Assembly (NCBI RefSeq): GCF_006345805.1
Contig: NC_043003.1
Location: 104,780,001 to 104,844,000, forward strand
Source of the DNA: Octopus sinensis
Taxonomy: Eukaryota
DNA: 64,000 nucleotides
Direction of reading: 5' to 3'
Under the pieces are notes generated by a model, which saw only the letters and a list, made by a program, of their open reading frames with translations, was not told the DNA's origin and ran no database searches. Position 1 is the stretch's first letter. The number at the start of each line of letters is the position of its first letter. Positions 1 through 11,714 of the stretch are shown here, in pieces. The translations under genes and the position numbers were made by a program.

Positions 1-181
1 GGAAAAAATATGAATTCTGTAGATGAGGTCATAACAGTACTGGAGGAGTATTTTACGTGATGGATAAGTGAATTTTGGGAGAGGGGACTTACAGGTCAAC
101 CAGATAGATGGAAGAGCGTTGTAGAAAATGTAGGAGAATATATTTTAGATTAAAAAACGCATTATTTATGGGATGACCCTA
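1..181 (+). mobile_element. Right end of a mariner-family DNA transposon remnant
   Basis: homologous to the 3' end of the 7605-8823 element; ends in TIR tttatgggatgaccc followed by TA. Confidence 0.7.
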
Positions 182-195
182 CACACACACCCACA

Positions 196-233
<38 letters not shown>

Positions 234-304
234 GTGCAGCAGAGAAGATAGCTTTCATGTGCAGCAGATGCACAGGGGCAATAAACACCACAAATACTCA
301 GAAA

Positions 305-625
305 ACAGATTCCATCACACTCCAGGGGAGAAACTAGAAGTAGTTGATAGCTTCTGTTACCTAGGTGACCAAGTTAGTAGTGGGGGTGGATACTCAGAGA
401 GTGTAACCACCAGAATACGAATAGCCTGGGCAAAGTTTAGAAAGCTTCTACACCTACTGGTGACAAAGGGTCTCTCACTCAGAGTGAAAGGTAGATTGTA
501 CGACGCATGTGTGCGAACTACCATGTTTCGCGGTAGTGAAACATTGGCTGTGACTGTGGAGGACATGTGTAGGCTTGAAAGAAATGGAGCTAGTATGATC
601 TACTGGATGTGTAATGTCAGGTGTA
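305..625 (+). mobile_element. RTE-clade LINE ORF2 fragment
   Basis: GEKLEVVDSFCYLGD...AWAKFR..L.LL.TKGLSL, same family as 36953-39868. Confidence 0.9.
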
Positions 626-644
626 AGCGCCCTGAGAGGACGCT

Positions 645-1790
645 TTGACCAGAAGAATGGCAAGCCAGTAGACTGCACCAGGCTCCAATCTGATCTGGCA
701 ATGTTTCTACAGCTGGATGCCCTTCCTAATGCCAACCACTCCGAGAGTGTAGTAGGTACTTTTTATGTGCCACTAGCACAGGAGCCAGGCAGGGGTGGAG
801 GGACTGGCATGGACCATGTTCGGATGGCACTGGCACGGGGAGCTAGTCATGTAGCACTGGCATTGGCTGCAACTACAATTTCCATTTTGATTTTGATCTT
901 GATTTGCTTTTGATTTTTGACTTTACTTGACACAATGGGTTTTCTCAAGTGAAGTGTATCATCTGGTAATTCAAGAGTATTTTAAAAATGGGCTGGTATA
1001 GGGTATCATCACTATACTTGCCAGGTCTTCTCAATTACAGAATATTTCCAGTGATCTCGGTCTCTTGTCATTGCCTCTGTGAGGCCCAACGTTAGAAGGT
1101 CGTGCTTCACCACCTCAACCCATGTACTCCTGGGTCTCCCTCTACCACAAGTTCCTTCCACTGTTAGAGAGTGACACTTCACACAGCTCTTCTCATCCAT
1201 ACACAGCATATAACCATACCAGTGCAGTCATCTCTCTTTTACATGACATCTGATGCTTCTTATGTCCAACATTTCTCTCAGGGTGCTTACATTCTGTTGT
1301 GTGTGCACACTGACATTACATATCCAGCGGATCATGCTAGCTTCATTTCTTTCAATCCTATGTCTGCAACAGTTATGACCCATATTTCACTGCCATGTAG
1401 CATGGCAGTTCGTGCACATGCATCATACAGTCTACCTTTTACTCTGAGTGAGAGGCCCTTTGTTACCAGCAGAAGTAGGAGCTTTCTGAACTTTACCGTG
1501 TTTATTGTCTCTGTGCATCTGCTGCACAGAGAAGCTATCATCCTGGTTAGCCTTCCTTTGATATTGCTGCACTTCTCATGTGTCCATCGCTTACACTGGG
1601 TACATTTTATGGAGTTTCTACCTACATCTCTTCTACAGATTGAGCAGGGACATCTACTTAAGGCGTTTGTGATTTGTCTGCCTTCATACTTACTAGGACT
1701 TTGGTTTTTGCTACATTGACTCTAAGGCCCTTCAATTCTAGACCTTACTTCCACACCTGAAATTTCTTCTCTAGTCCTGGGAGTGATTCG
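645..1790 (-). mobile_element. RTE-clade LINE 3' portion (degenerate ORF2 C-terminus plus 3'UTR)
   Basis: VEGTCGRGRPRSTW..VVKHDL; 3'UTR repeats; degenerate PHD region. Confidence 0.9.
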
Positions 1791-1810
1791 AGTACGAGGG
1801 CAATTCATCA

Positions 1811-1852
<42 letters not shown>

Positions 1853-1856
<4 letters not shown>

Positions 1857-2630
1857 TCATCATTATCGTTTTCCATGCTAGCATGGGTTGGACGGTTTGA
1901 CTGGGGTCTGGGATCCCATGAGGCTGCACCAGGCTCCAATCTGATCTGGCAGTGTTTCTACAGCTGGATACCCTTCCTAATGCCAACCACTCTGTGAGTG
2001 TAGTGGGTGCATTGTCCACTATCTGTTGGTGCTTTTTACATGCCACACAGTCATGGTGATGCTGACATAGGCCATGTTCGGATACTGCTTTTTACGTGCC
2101 ACCAGCATGGGTATCACAGCTACAATTTCCATTTGATTTTTATTTTGATGTTGGTGTACTTGACACAATAGGTCTCCTCAAGCCCAGCAGGTCGCCCTAC
2201 GATCCAAGGTAAGCACAGCAGGCCAACCTGCGAACCATGAACTCACTTCATTTGTCGGGTCTTCGCAGTCACAGCATATCTCCAGAAGTCTCAGTCTTCC
2301 GTCATTGCCTCTGTGACCACCTCATCCCATGTCTTACTGGGTTTCCCTCTTCCCCAGATTCCTTCAACTGTTTGGGAATGGCACTTCTTCACCCATCTCT
2401 CCTCATCCATCCGTAGTACATGACCATACCAGCGCAGACATCTCTCTTGCACGCCACATCTGATGCTTCTTATGTCCAACATTTCTCTCAGGGCACTTAC
2501 ACTCTGTTGTGTGTGCACACTGATATTACACATCCAGAAGATCATGCTAGCTTCATTTCTTTCGAGCCTACACGTGTCCTCCGCAGTCACTGCCCATGTT
2601 TCACTGCTGTGAAGCATGGCAGTTCGCAGC
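1853..2630 (-). mobile_element. RTE-clade LINE 3' fragment with (GAT)n tail next to (AT)n
   Basis: TAMLHSSETWAVTAED...GRGKP.KTWDEVV; catcatcat tail at about 1855. Confidence 0.9.
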
Positions 2631-2770
2631 TTGCTTACGTACCACATGGTTCCGGGTTCAGTCCCACTGTGTGGCACCTTGGGCAAGTGTCCTCTACTAT
2701 AGCCTCGGGCCGACCAAAGCCTTGTGAGTAGATTTTTTTAGATAGAAACTGAAAGAAGCCTGTCGTATAT

Positions 2771-2817
<47 letters not shown>

Positions 2818-2950
2818 GTATGTGTGTGTGTGTATATGTTTGTGTGTCTGTGTTCATGCTCCCCCCCCCCCAGCATCGGGTCGATTTGCTCAACTAGAGG
2901 CAGTGCTCCAGCATGATCACAATCAAATGGCTGAAAGAAGTAAAAGAGTG
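2630..2950 (+). mobile_element. tRNA-derived SINE remnant split by a microsatellite
   Basis: B-box-like ggttcagtccc and ccttgggcaagtgtcctctactatagc; related copies at about 13070-13190 (-) and 25370-25515 (-). Confidence 0.6.
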
Positions 2951-3067
2951 AAAAAAGAGTTGTTCGACGTCCTTTTGGTGTCCTGTACACATATATGCGT
3001 GTATATGTACATGTAGAGGTAGGTACGTACATATATGTTTATATATATGCATATGTTCTATTTTATT

Positions 3068-3103
<36 letters not shown>

Positions 3104-3349
3104 GGTCGTGCTGCCTGGACAGGCAAGGTAGGCAGTGTCTAACCTGAATAAGATAGATCAAAAGTATCATTTTCCTTTTATAGCAAAATATGCACCTAAT
3201 TCAATAAAATTAGGTTACTCAGATTACTGTGCATAAAATGCAAAATATGTTATTTTCTTTGTAGATTAGGTAGGTATAATTTGCCTCTGTTTTTCAATCT
3301 CAGTATTAAAATTATGCATAGTGCTGCTGTAGTACGTGCTGCATATAGG

Positions 3350-3727
3350 AGCACTCCGTCGGTTGCAACAATGAGGGTCCCAGCTGATATGATCAACGGA
3401 ACAGCTTGCTCGTGATATTAACGTGTAAGTGGCTGAGCACTCCACAGACACGTGTACACTTAACGCAGTTCTCGGGGATATTCAGCGTGACACAGAGAGT
3501 GACAAGGCTGGCCCTTTGAAATACAGGTACAACAGAAACAGGAAGAAAGAGCGAGAGAAAGTTGTGGCGAAAGAGTACAGCAGGGTTCACCACCACCCCC
3601 TGCCAGAGCCTCGTGGAGCCTTAGGTGTTTTCGCTCAATAAACACTCACAATGCCCGGTCTGGGAATCGAAACCGCGATCCTCCGACCGCGAGTCCGCTG
3701 TCCTAACCACTGGGCCATTGCGCCTCC
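3350..3727 (-). mobile_element. tRNA-derived SINE (octopus OR-like head)
   Basis: head GGAGGCGCAATGGCCCAGTGGTTAGG...GGTTTCGATTCCC with A and B boxes; head and body shared with 9941-10263. Confidence 0.8.
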
Positions 3728-4062
3728 ATGTGCTGCATATATTCCAATAAACAATGCTTTCAACTTAGTTCTGTGCCTGTGTTTTGATTATTTTTTTGTG
3801 TATTACTACATAAATGTCATCGACTGCCTACCTTGAATAATTACTAACAGCACATGCCTGATATATGTTATAATGGGGGCCAGTTTATGGGGTTGGCCTG
3901 GGTTTCTTGCTCCTAAGGGGTTTAGCCTTATGGTGTATCTTCAGGCCCCAAACACTGCTGGAGGTCAGCAGTCTATCCCATAAACTGGCCTCCATTATAA
4001 TATTCACTGCTCTACATCTTAGGGTGTGCTTTCCACTGGGTTTATGTATTTCTACAAATGAT

Positions 4063-4235
4063 ATACAGGGGTTGGACAAAATAATGGAAACACCTTAAAA
4101 TTTCAAACAAATTTATTTTAATATGGGGCAGGACCACCTTTGGCAGTAATTACAGCTTGAATTCTATGGACTCGTACAAAGTTTGAATTGTTTCCAAAGG
4201 AATGTTTGTCCATTCTTCAGCTAAAAGGATGTCAA
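4063..4235. mobile_element. Tc1-like transposon terminal fragment
   Basis: TA|CAGGGGTTGGACAAAATAATGGAAACAC terminus. Confidence 0.55.
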
Positions 4236-4659
4236 ATTTCTATAAATAGATGTATGTGATTGTATAAGTTAGTGAGATAGGTAGGAATCAGAGAGGAGGA
4301 AAGAAGGTTTAATGACATACATACGCATGCACACATGTACATATACATATGCGCACAAGCATGCACACACATATATACATATATATTCATATGCATATAC
4401 ATACACATACATATATACATACATGCATGCTCACGCACAATGGTAAATGTATTTATACACACATGTGTGTGTGCATACATATACACATATATGCACATGC
4501 GCATACGTAAGTGCAGGTGCACATATGCTTATATACAGTCACACGCATGCACCCATACAGGTACATATGTATACATATATACACATACACACATTCACCC
4601 ATATATATTTGTATATACATATGCACGTACATATACACACATACACACATAAATATAGT

Positions 4660-5315
4660 GCCCTGGAAGCTGAAATACAAGCATTTCAGAGTGTTTGGGT
4701 GTCAATCCGAGGACAATGCACCGAAAGTGATAAAAATCAAGCATCCAGTCAATATCATGTAATGGTGACATTACGCCTCCATTCATCTTCCTACACAGTC
4801 TCAGACTCAACATGGAGGCCTACATCAAGTGCTTGGAGGAGGTAATATGCCCTGGGTCAAGAGGGTGGCTACTGGAAGACCCTATGTTTGGCAACAGGCC
4901 TCTGCACCATGCCACTCAAGCAGGAGAACCCAGTCATGGCTGTCAGGCAATATCTGTGACCACATCACTCCTAACATCTGGCCACATAACTCCCCAGACT
5001 GTAACCCCCTTGATTATTATATGTGGGGTGCAGTTGAGTGAGAGACTGACAAAACTCCTTGTAATCAAAGATGATCTGAAGGTAAGGATTATGGCAGTAT
5101 TCACCAACCTAAACAACAAGGCTATCCAGGAGAATTGCAGGAGATTCCAAGATTGTCCAGAGGCCATGGTTGAAGAAAATGGCAATTTTATTGAATAAAT
5201 TTACTCTTTAGTATTTCAAAATATTTTTATGTAATTTTGGTAAATATATCTGTTAAAATGAGATGTCATTTTCATTTTTGCATAATTTAAACAACAGTTT
5301 ATTCTCTGCACCCTC
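4660..5315 (+). mobile_element. Tc1/mariner-superfamily transposase 3' half, frameshifted
   Basis: WQQASAPCH, WPHNSPDCNPLDYYMWGAVE, EAMVEENGNFIE* motifs. Confidence 0.85.
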
Positions 5316-5413
5316 TCTCTATATATATGTGTGTGTGTGTGAAACTTTTATGTGTATGTGTGAAAATTGTGTGTGTGTCTGAAAATATATGTGTGTGTGC
5401 ATATATATATATG

Positions 5414-5850
5414 ATGAACAAACTATTGTCATAGACACAGATAGAGTGACTAGCCCCGTCCCATTTTTGACCACCAGTACAATTGCCACACCTAGAGATG
5501 ACCAATGCAAGACCAGCGACATAGAGGAGGCATCCTGAGTTCCCAGTACCTCCACCATAGATGACGACCAAGCAATTATCTTCAACACTGATGGGGTAAC
5601 TGGCCCTGCACCATATCTTCTTCTTCTTACAGCATTCACCCAGGGTGGGTTGAGCTGGCTTCATTCATCCTCAATGCTGCATCTCTCACAAACGCTGACT
5701 AGGCCTGGCGATTTGATGCTAACGACCACGTGATCTCCAACCACTCCTTATTCCAGCGGCGAACGCCGTAGACATGGGGACCTAGGTTGGGTTTCAGATC
5801 AGCCTTGACTGTCGTCAGCCAGGTTTTTTGTTGTCCGCACCATATCTTAC
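5414..5850 (-). mobile_element. RTE-type LINE 3' end, copy 1 of an inverted pair
   Basis: GQQKTWLTTVKADL...RRWNKEW C-terminus plus 3'UTR; near-identical inverted copy at 6345-6693. Confidence 0.75.
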
Positions 5851-5984
5851 CACTGGCTGTACCCGCACTAGCACCAGCAGCTACATCATCAACCATATGA
5901 CCAGTAGTGATAACCACAGCAATGACCCTGCCAGATCCTTGTGCCATCTTAAGTACATCAGCAATGGGGTCGCTAACAGAATTC

Positions 5985-6344
5985 CCTGGCCCAGAGCCTA
6001 TCAGAGATATACCAAGCGTGTGAATATGGCCACATCCCAAGTTTGTAAATATATTAGATCTGCTGGTACATCTTTCAAACGTCACTTCCACAGCCACCAG
6101 TCATCCTTCAGAGTTTCAGAAAGATGGTTTGTCAAGTTCCTGTCATGCCATGGGTGGTACCTCAAAGAACAAGGGCCCTCATGTGATATCAGGTGAAAAA
6201 TGATAGATCATCCAGGCCCATATATTAATGGAAGTGGATGTTGCAAAATCTGCATTGTGGAGAGAACCAAAATTCTTAAGGACTATACTAAAGCTGGCGC
6301 GTTAAACAGTCGTAAAGAAGTGTTTTCTAAATGTGTCCACTTAT
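5985..6344 (+). mobile_element. Penelope-like element, GIY-YIG endonuclease C-terminal remnant (continues at about 6713-6990)
   Basis: YIRSAGTSFKRHFHSHQSSFR, WYLKEQG, PYINGS..CKIC..E..KIL, LNSRKEVFSKCVH match the PLE GIY-YIG C-terminal pattern. Confidence 0.75.
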
Positions 6345-6693
6345 CCGCTGGAATAAGGAGTGGTTGGAGATCACACGGTCGTTAGCCTCAAATCGCCAGG
6401 CCTGGTCAGCGTTTGTGAGAGATGCAGCATTGAGGAAGAATGAAGCCAGCTCAACCCACCCTGGGTGAATGCTGTAAGAAGAAGAAGAAGATATGGTGCA
6501 GGGCCAGTCACCCCATCAGTGTTGAAGATAATTGCTTGGTCGTCATCTATGGTGGAGGTACTGGGAACTCAGGATACCTCCTCTATGTCGCTGGTCTTGC
6601 ATTGGTCTTCTCTAGGTGTGGCAATTGCACTGGTGGTCAAAAATGGGACGGGGCTGGTCACTCCATCTGTGTCTATGACAATAGTTTGTTCAT
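6345..6693 (+). mobile_element. RTE-type LINE 3' end, copy 2 of the inverted pair
   Basis: reverse complement of 5414-5759 with scattered substitutions. Confidence 0.8.
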
Positions 6694-6864
6694 TATATAT
6701 ATGATGAATTGGTAAATTGGATCTCTCCGCTTGCTGGTTAGGCTTTTTTGTGGGGGGGGGGGGGTCTATAAGGGTTGTTTTTTCCTCTGGTTCAGGGGAG
6801 ACAACCCATCCTTATTAACATTTTTATATATTAAGACTTAAATCTCGATTTTTGAGCATTTCCA

Positions 6865-6927
6865 TAGAGTCTGACAAGCTATCCACAAGGCTTTGGATTT
6901 GAGGATACAAAACCTTTGGTAACTCTA
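6865..6927 (+). ncRNA. Decayed type-I hammerhead ribozyme downstream of the PLE ORF
   Basis: TAGAGT-CTGACAA-G(C)TATCC..GGATAC-AAAA-CCTTTGG-TA-ACTCTA; helices I, II and III intact; core G8 and G12 changed to A. Confidence 0.65.
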
Positions 6928-7012
6928 AGCCCCAAATTTTAATTTTTGTTGTAATAATTACCACTCTATTCTTTAGTATGCTTCTTTTCTGATATGTTTT
7001 ATTAATTAACTA

Positions 7013-7029
<17 letters not shown>

Positions 7030-7063
<34 letters not shown>

Positions 7064-7516
7064 CATTGTGTACAGTGCTCAGGTGCACTACAACTCATCT
7101 AAAGTGTATGTATAGTACATAGGGTAATGTACAAGCGTCAGGAAAAGAACAGTGCATGAGTCATGACATACACATATGTGTATGAATATGGAAGGGGGAC
7201 AATCAGGTGTAGTTTCGGCGGATTTCGGAAAGCATGAGGGCCTTAAAGGATGCAGTGTCATGGCAGTCAACAACTGACGCAGGCAGTTTATTCCATGCTT
7301 CAGCAACTCTGAGCGTGAAAAAATGTTTCCGAAAGTCATGGGAGCTGTGTTGTTTTCTGACTTTGTAGGCATGTCCACGTGTGTTAGACACATGGAGATC
7401 AAAAAGGTGTTCAGTGTTGTTGTTGGTGAGGTGGTTGATAACTTTGTGGGTGTTTACCAAGTCCATCGCCAGACGCCGGAGCTTCAGTGAATCCATGATC
7501 AGGGAAACAAGGCGCT

Positions 7517-7520
<4 letters not shown>
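7030..7520 (-). mobile_element. CR1-group LINE 3' fragment with (ATT)n tail
   Basis: NTRGHAYKVRK..S.HDFRKHFFTLRVAEAWNKLP. Confidence 0.9.
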
Positions 7521-7568
<48 letters not shown>

Positions 7569-7604
7569 CACACACACATACACGCATACACATATACATA
7601 TATA

Positions 7605-8823
7605 TTGGGTCATCCCATAAATAATGTGGGTTTTCAATTGCATGAACTAAAAGTTGGAGGGGAATGGGATAAACTACCTGCATCAATTTGCTATAAAAGC
7701 AGGTAGTAATTTTACCTTGTCCTTATTCTTAGTGCAAGTTTTGAAGAGTGCAGTTCGATATTAACAGTCCTTTTTCTAAAGCTATAATGGAAGTGACAAT
7801 GGTGTATATTTAGTACATTTTGCTTTATGAATTCAATAGAGGCAACAGAAAGCGTGAGGAATATTAATACCGTATATGGAGATTGGACAATAAGTGTAAG
7901 CCAGTGTCAACGGTAATTCCAGAAATTCTAAACTGGAAACTACTGCCTAGAAGATGAGCCTCACCTGAGAAGATCTGTAGACCTCGACGAGGACATCCTG
8001 CAAATCTTGGTGGAACAAAATCTCATTGTAACTGTTGAGGAACTAGCAGAGAAGCTTGGATTTGATCATTCAACCATTCGTTGACATCCGCATGCCATCG
8101 GAAAAGTTAGCAAATTGTGTCAATGGGTTTCTCACAAACTTTCCAAGTCTAATCGCATGCAGAGAGTGAATGTGTGCTCTTCTTTGCCGTCATGTCTCAT
8201 GAATGAACCTTTTTCGGACCGAATAGTGACTGGTGACAAGAAATAGGTTCTCTATAAAAATATCAAGTGGTGAAGACAGTGGGCAGGGAAATGAGAAACA
8301 CCAGAACCCCAGGCAAAAGAAGGTCTTCACCCACATAAGGTGTTGTTATCTGTTTGGTGGAATATGAAAGATTTAGTCCACTTTGAACTTTTAAAGCCAC
8401 ACCAAATGATAAATAAGATCTACTGTGAGCAGCTTGAGAGATTTAAGTCAGCGCCAGAAGAAAAACAACCTTCAGTATAATGCTCAGCCACATACAGCAA
8501 GGGTGACATTCCAAAGGCTGGAGCAGTTTGAATGGGAAACGATGCCCATCCACCACATTTCCTGGACATTGCCCCATCTGATTATAATTTATTCCGCAGT
8601 CTTCAAAATCCTTTGAATGGAAAAAATGAATTCTGCAAATGAGGTCAAAACAGTACTGGAGGACCATTTTTCATAACAGACAAATGAATTTTGGAAGAAG
8701 GGCTTTGCAAGTCTACCAGATAGATGGAAGAGCATTGTAGAAAATGAAGGAGAGTATATTTTAAATTAATTTTGAAAAATAAAAGAAGTATAAAAAAGTT
8801 GCATTATTAATGGGATGACCCAA
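7605..8823 (+). mobile_element. Full-length but degenerate mariner transposon (about 1.22 kb)
   Basis: TIRs ttgggtcatcccata(a/t)ataatg at both ends, TA flanks; WVSHKL and IVTGDKK motifs with stops and frameshifts. Confidence 0.92.
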
Positions 8824-9059
8824 TATATATATCATTGCTATTATGTTAAACTGCCGTATGTCCAACTTTGGCCAAATGCGTTTTTTTCAATATTTATTTT
8901 TGCTTGCAATAGCCAGTTCTTTTGGTCAAACTATCGTAACTACAGCTGCTTCAGATGCGAAGATATCAAAAATTGTCGAAGTGTAGTGCAACAGTTTTGC
9001 TATAGAATGGTGAAACTATTTTACATTTTCTGAAAAAGCAACATTTTGGACTTAAGACC

Positions 9060-9076
9060 CTTTGGCATAATAGCAA

Positions 9077-9113
<37 letters not shown>

Positions 9114-9895
9114 AGAGTTAAGGAATGGAGTAGATAAAATATCCGGGCTACATATGTTTCTTAGTGAGCAGAACCTTGGAAGTGGTAATTATGCAAGTGA
9201 GGTGTATATTGCAGGCTACCCTTTAGGCCAAGGGTATCTTGATTAAAGGAAGTTTACATTGTCGTAAGGAGGTATGTGTCAACTTATGGGCAATTCAATC
9301 AGAATGTGACACATTCTGATACACCTCGCTTGTTTAACTGTTTAAGTAAAAAAATATTAAACTATTTCTTTGTAATTTTCTTTTCCTCCCTCTATTGTGG
9401 TAAAATTTGGTATATACTCAAAATATTCAAAGAAGTTTTATCCTTTTCTTATAATTTGGTGGTTGGAATTGCAGCAGCTGATTGGCTGTAGCAGTCGTAG
9501 CAGCAGCAGTGGAAGATTGTTGGTCGTAGTAGTAATAGTAGTGACCATGGTGGTTGTAGTAGTAGTAGTAATAGTAGCAGCAGTAGTAGTGATCGTGGTG
9601 GTCATGGTAGAATTCCATTTTTCTTTTCGGAAGACCAATATGTTGTTTTAATGTTCCTGGCCCAGGGTGTTCAAACTTGGTCCAAATGTTCTAATAAAGT
9701 AAATTTCTTTATTTTGGCGTTGAGTGAAGGTTACATTGTCACTGAACTTGTAAAGTGGGAAAGTTGTGAATTTGGGATTTTTATTTGAAGCACATCTATC
9801 TATGTGTCCGCTGACTGGTATTTTCCTGTACTCTAGATTCCTAATTTGGAATTTATGAACTGCCATCCTTTTTCGTAGGTTGTTTTTTGTAAAAA
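9060..9895 (-). mobile_element. Penelope-like element 3' remnant (GIY-YIG C-terminus 9895-9648; downstream part broken by a (TAG)n tract)
   Basis: LRKRMAVHKFQIRNLEYRKIPVSGHIDRCA...RQNKEIYFI..F.P.LN; hammerhead 3' half GAAA-CATATG-TA at 9160-9149. Confidence 0.7.
9480..9612. repeat. Imperfect (TAG/TGG/CAG)n trinucleotide tract
   Basis: direct reading. Confidence 0.9.
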
Positions 9896-9940
9896 TATAA
9901 ATATATATATACACACACACACACACGCACATATATATGT

Positions 9941-10263
9941 GGAGGCGCAATGGCCCAGTGGTTAGGGCAGCAGACTCGCGGTTGTAGGATTGTGGTTTCG
10001 ATTCCCAGACCGGGTGTTGTGAGTGTTTATTGAGCGAAAACACCTAAAACTCCACGAGGCTCTGGCAGGGGATGCTGGTGATCCCTGCTGTACTCTTTCG
10101 CCACAACTTTCTCTCACTCTTTCTTCTGTTGGCCTGCTCGCTTAGCTAGCGGGGTGGCGTCAGCGGGGTGGTGTCATTTGAAGGCTAAAACAATGCGAAG
10201 CGCATTGGACAGCGATGTGTAGCAACATCAGATAGCTTGGTCAGTCACGGTGATCACGGTGAT
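9941..10263 (+). mobile_element. tRNA-derived SINE, same head as 3350-3727 but a different 3' tail
   Basis: shared for about the first 185 nt, then divergent. Confidence 0.8.
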
Positions 10264-10479
10264 ATACATATATATGTGGGCATGTACATATATATATATA
10301 TATATTATGTGTGTTTGTGTATATATATGCATGTGTATATATATATATATATATATATAGTTAATCCAAACAAGAAAACACAAAAAAAACAAAACAACAC
10401 AACAACACGAGGACGTGGAACAAATAAAGTATTATTGGACGCTCAGGGAAGAAGGGAAGAAATATATGTATATGTGTGC

Positions 10480-10521
<42 letters not shown>

Positions 10522-10944
10522 ATGTATGTGTCTACATATATATATACACACACACACACACGTGTGTGTGTTGGGGTGTGTGCACATGTTTGTGTGAGGG
10601 AGGAATGGAGAGATATTAAGGAGAGGAATGTTTTTTAGACAGGTAAGATAATCAATATCCAAATCTGATTCTACAGTAAACTCCCCCACCATTATCAGTG
10701 ATTTCTGTAGCTCTGCCCACCCCCATTATCACTTGAAAGCAAATAATTAAATTGGGTGTCTCCCACATTCACATACAATACTCTCATGCACACATAACTA
10801 CCCTCATACATACACACTTTAATACACACATACACACACAGATATATATTTATTGACACACATGTACACACAAGTATGTGTGTGTGTGTGTTTACTCACA
10901 CACATATATACACACAAATAGTTATGCACTCGCATACATGTAAA

Positions 10945-11295
10945 ATCATCATCATCATCATCGTTTAACGTCCGTTTTCCATGCTAGCACGGGTTGGACG
11001 GTTCGACCGGGGTCTGGGAAGCCAGGAGGCTGCACCAGGCTCCAATCTGATCTGGCAGTGTTCCTACAGCTGGATGCCCTTCCTAACGCCAACCACTCCG
11101 CGAGTGTAGTGGGTACTTTTTACGTGCCACCAGCACAGGTGCCAGGGGAGTTTGGCATCGGCCATGATCGGTTGGTGCTTTTAACGTGCCACCGGCACGG
11201 AAGCCAGTCGAAGCGGCGCTGGCAACGGCCACGTTCGGATGGTGCTTTTTATGTGCCACCGGCACAGGTATCACAACTACTATTTCCATTGATAT
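10945..11295 (-). mobile_element. RTE 3'UTR and (GAT)n tail fragment just downstream of the DECR2 stop
   Basis: matches the start of 36953-37250; three units of the 3'UTR tandem repeat. Confidence 0.85.
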
Positions 11296-11496
11296 TTGTT
11301 TCGATGTTTACACACAGATAAACTGATACATGAACACAGACAGATACACAAACACATATGCACACATACACACACAGGTAGACATTTACACATATATGCA
11401 CATACATATGGTTCTACAATCATGTGTACATACATTTATACACACAAATGCATATACATACATACACATATTTATTGACACACACACACAAACCAA

Positions 11497-11714
11497 TCAA
11501 AGTTTTGCAGGTTTCTTTGTTAGCATAATTTGATTTGTCCAACTTTTCAAACTTCCCATCCATTGACCACCATCTGCTACCACAGTAACACCAGTCAAAA
11601 GACCAGCAGCTTTGCTGACCAGAAACACAGCGATATTTGCAATATCACTTCGGGTTGCAATCTGCCCAATAGGTACATGCTCACGTAACACTGCTTCAGA
11701 AATTTCTGGAGAAA
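11497..11714 (-). CDS. DECR2: DECR2 terminal coding exon 8 (SPEISEAVLREHVPIGQIATRSDIANIAVFLVSKAAGLLTGVTVVADGGQWMGSLKSWTNQIMLTKKPAKL*)
   Basis: acceptor ttcttatttcag|TT; TG..VVADGG.W motif; stop TGA 11499-11497; C-terminal AKL is a PTS1 signal; AATAAA at 11476-11471. Confidence 0.95.

Noticed and set aside
4232-4845. Overlapping ORFs rich in Y/I/H/T/C/V/M (also about 2700-3030, 10237-10692, 11296-11533, 23119-23486, 52493-53271)
   Set aside because: Translations of (CA)n, (TA)n and (CATA)n microsatellites, not genes.
9941-10015. tRNA gene (also 3655-3727)
   Set aside because: A and B boxes are present but the sequence continues into a SINE body; no convincing acceptor stem or terminator.
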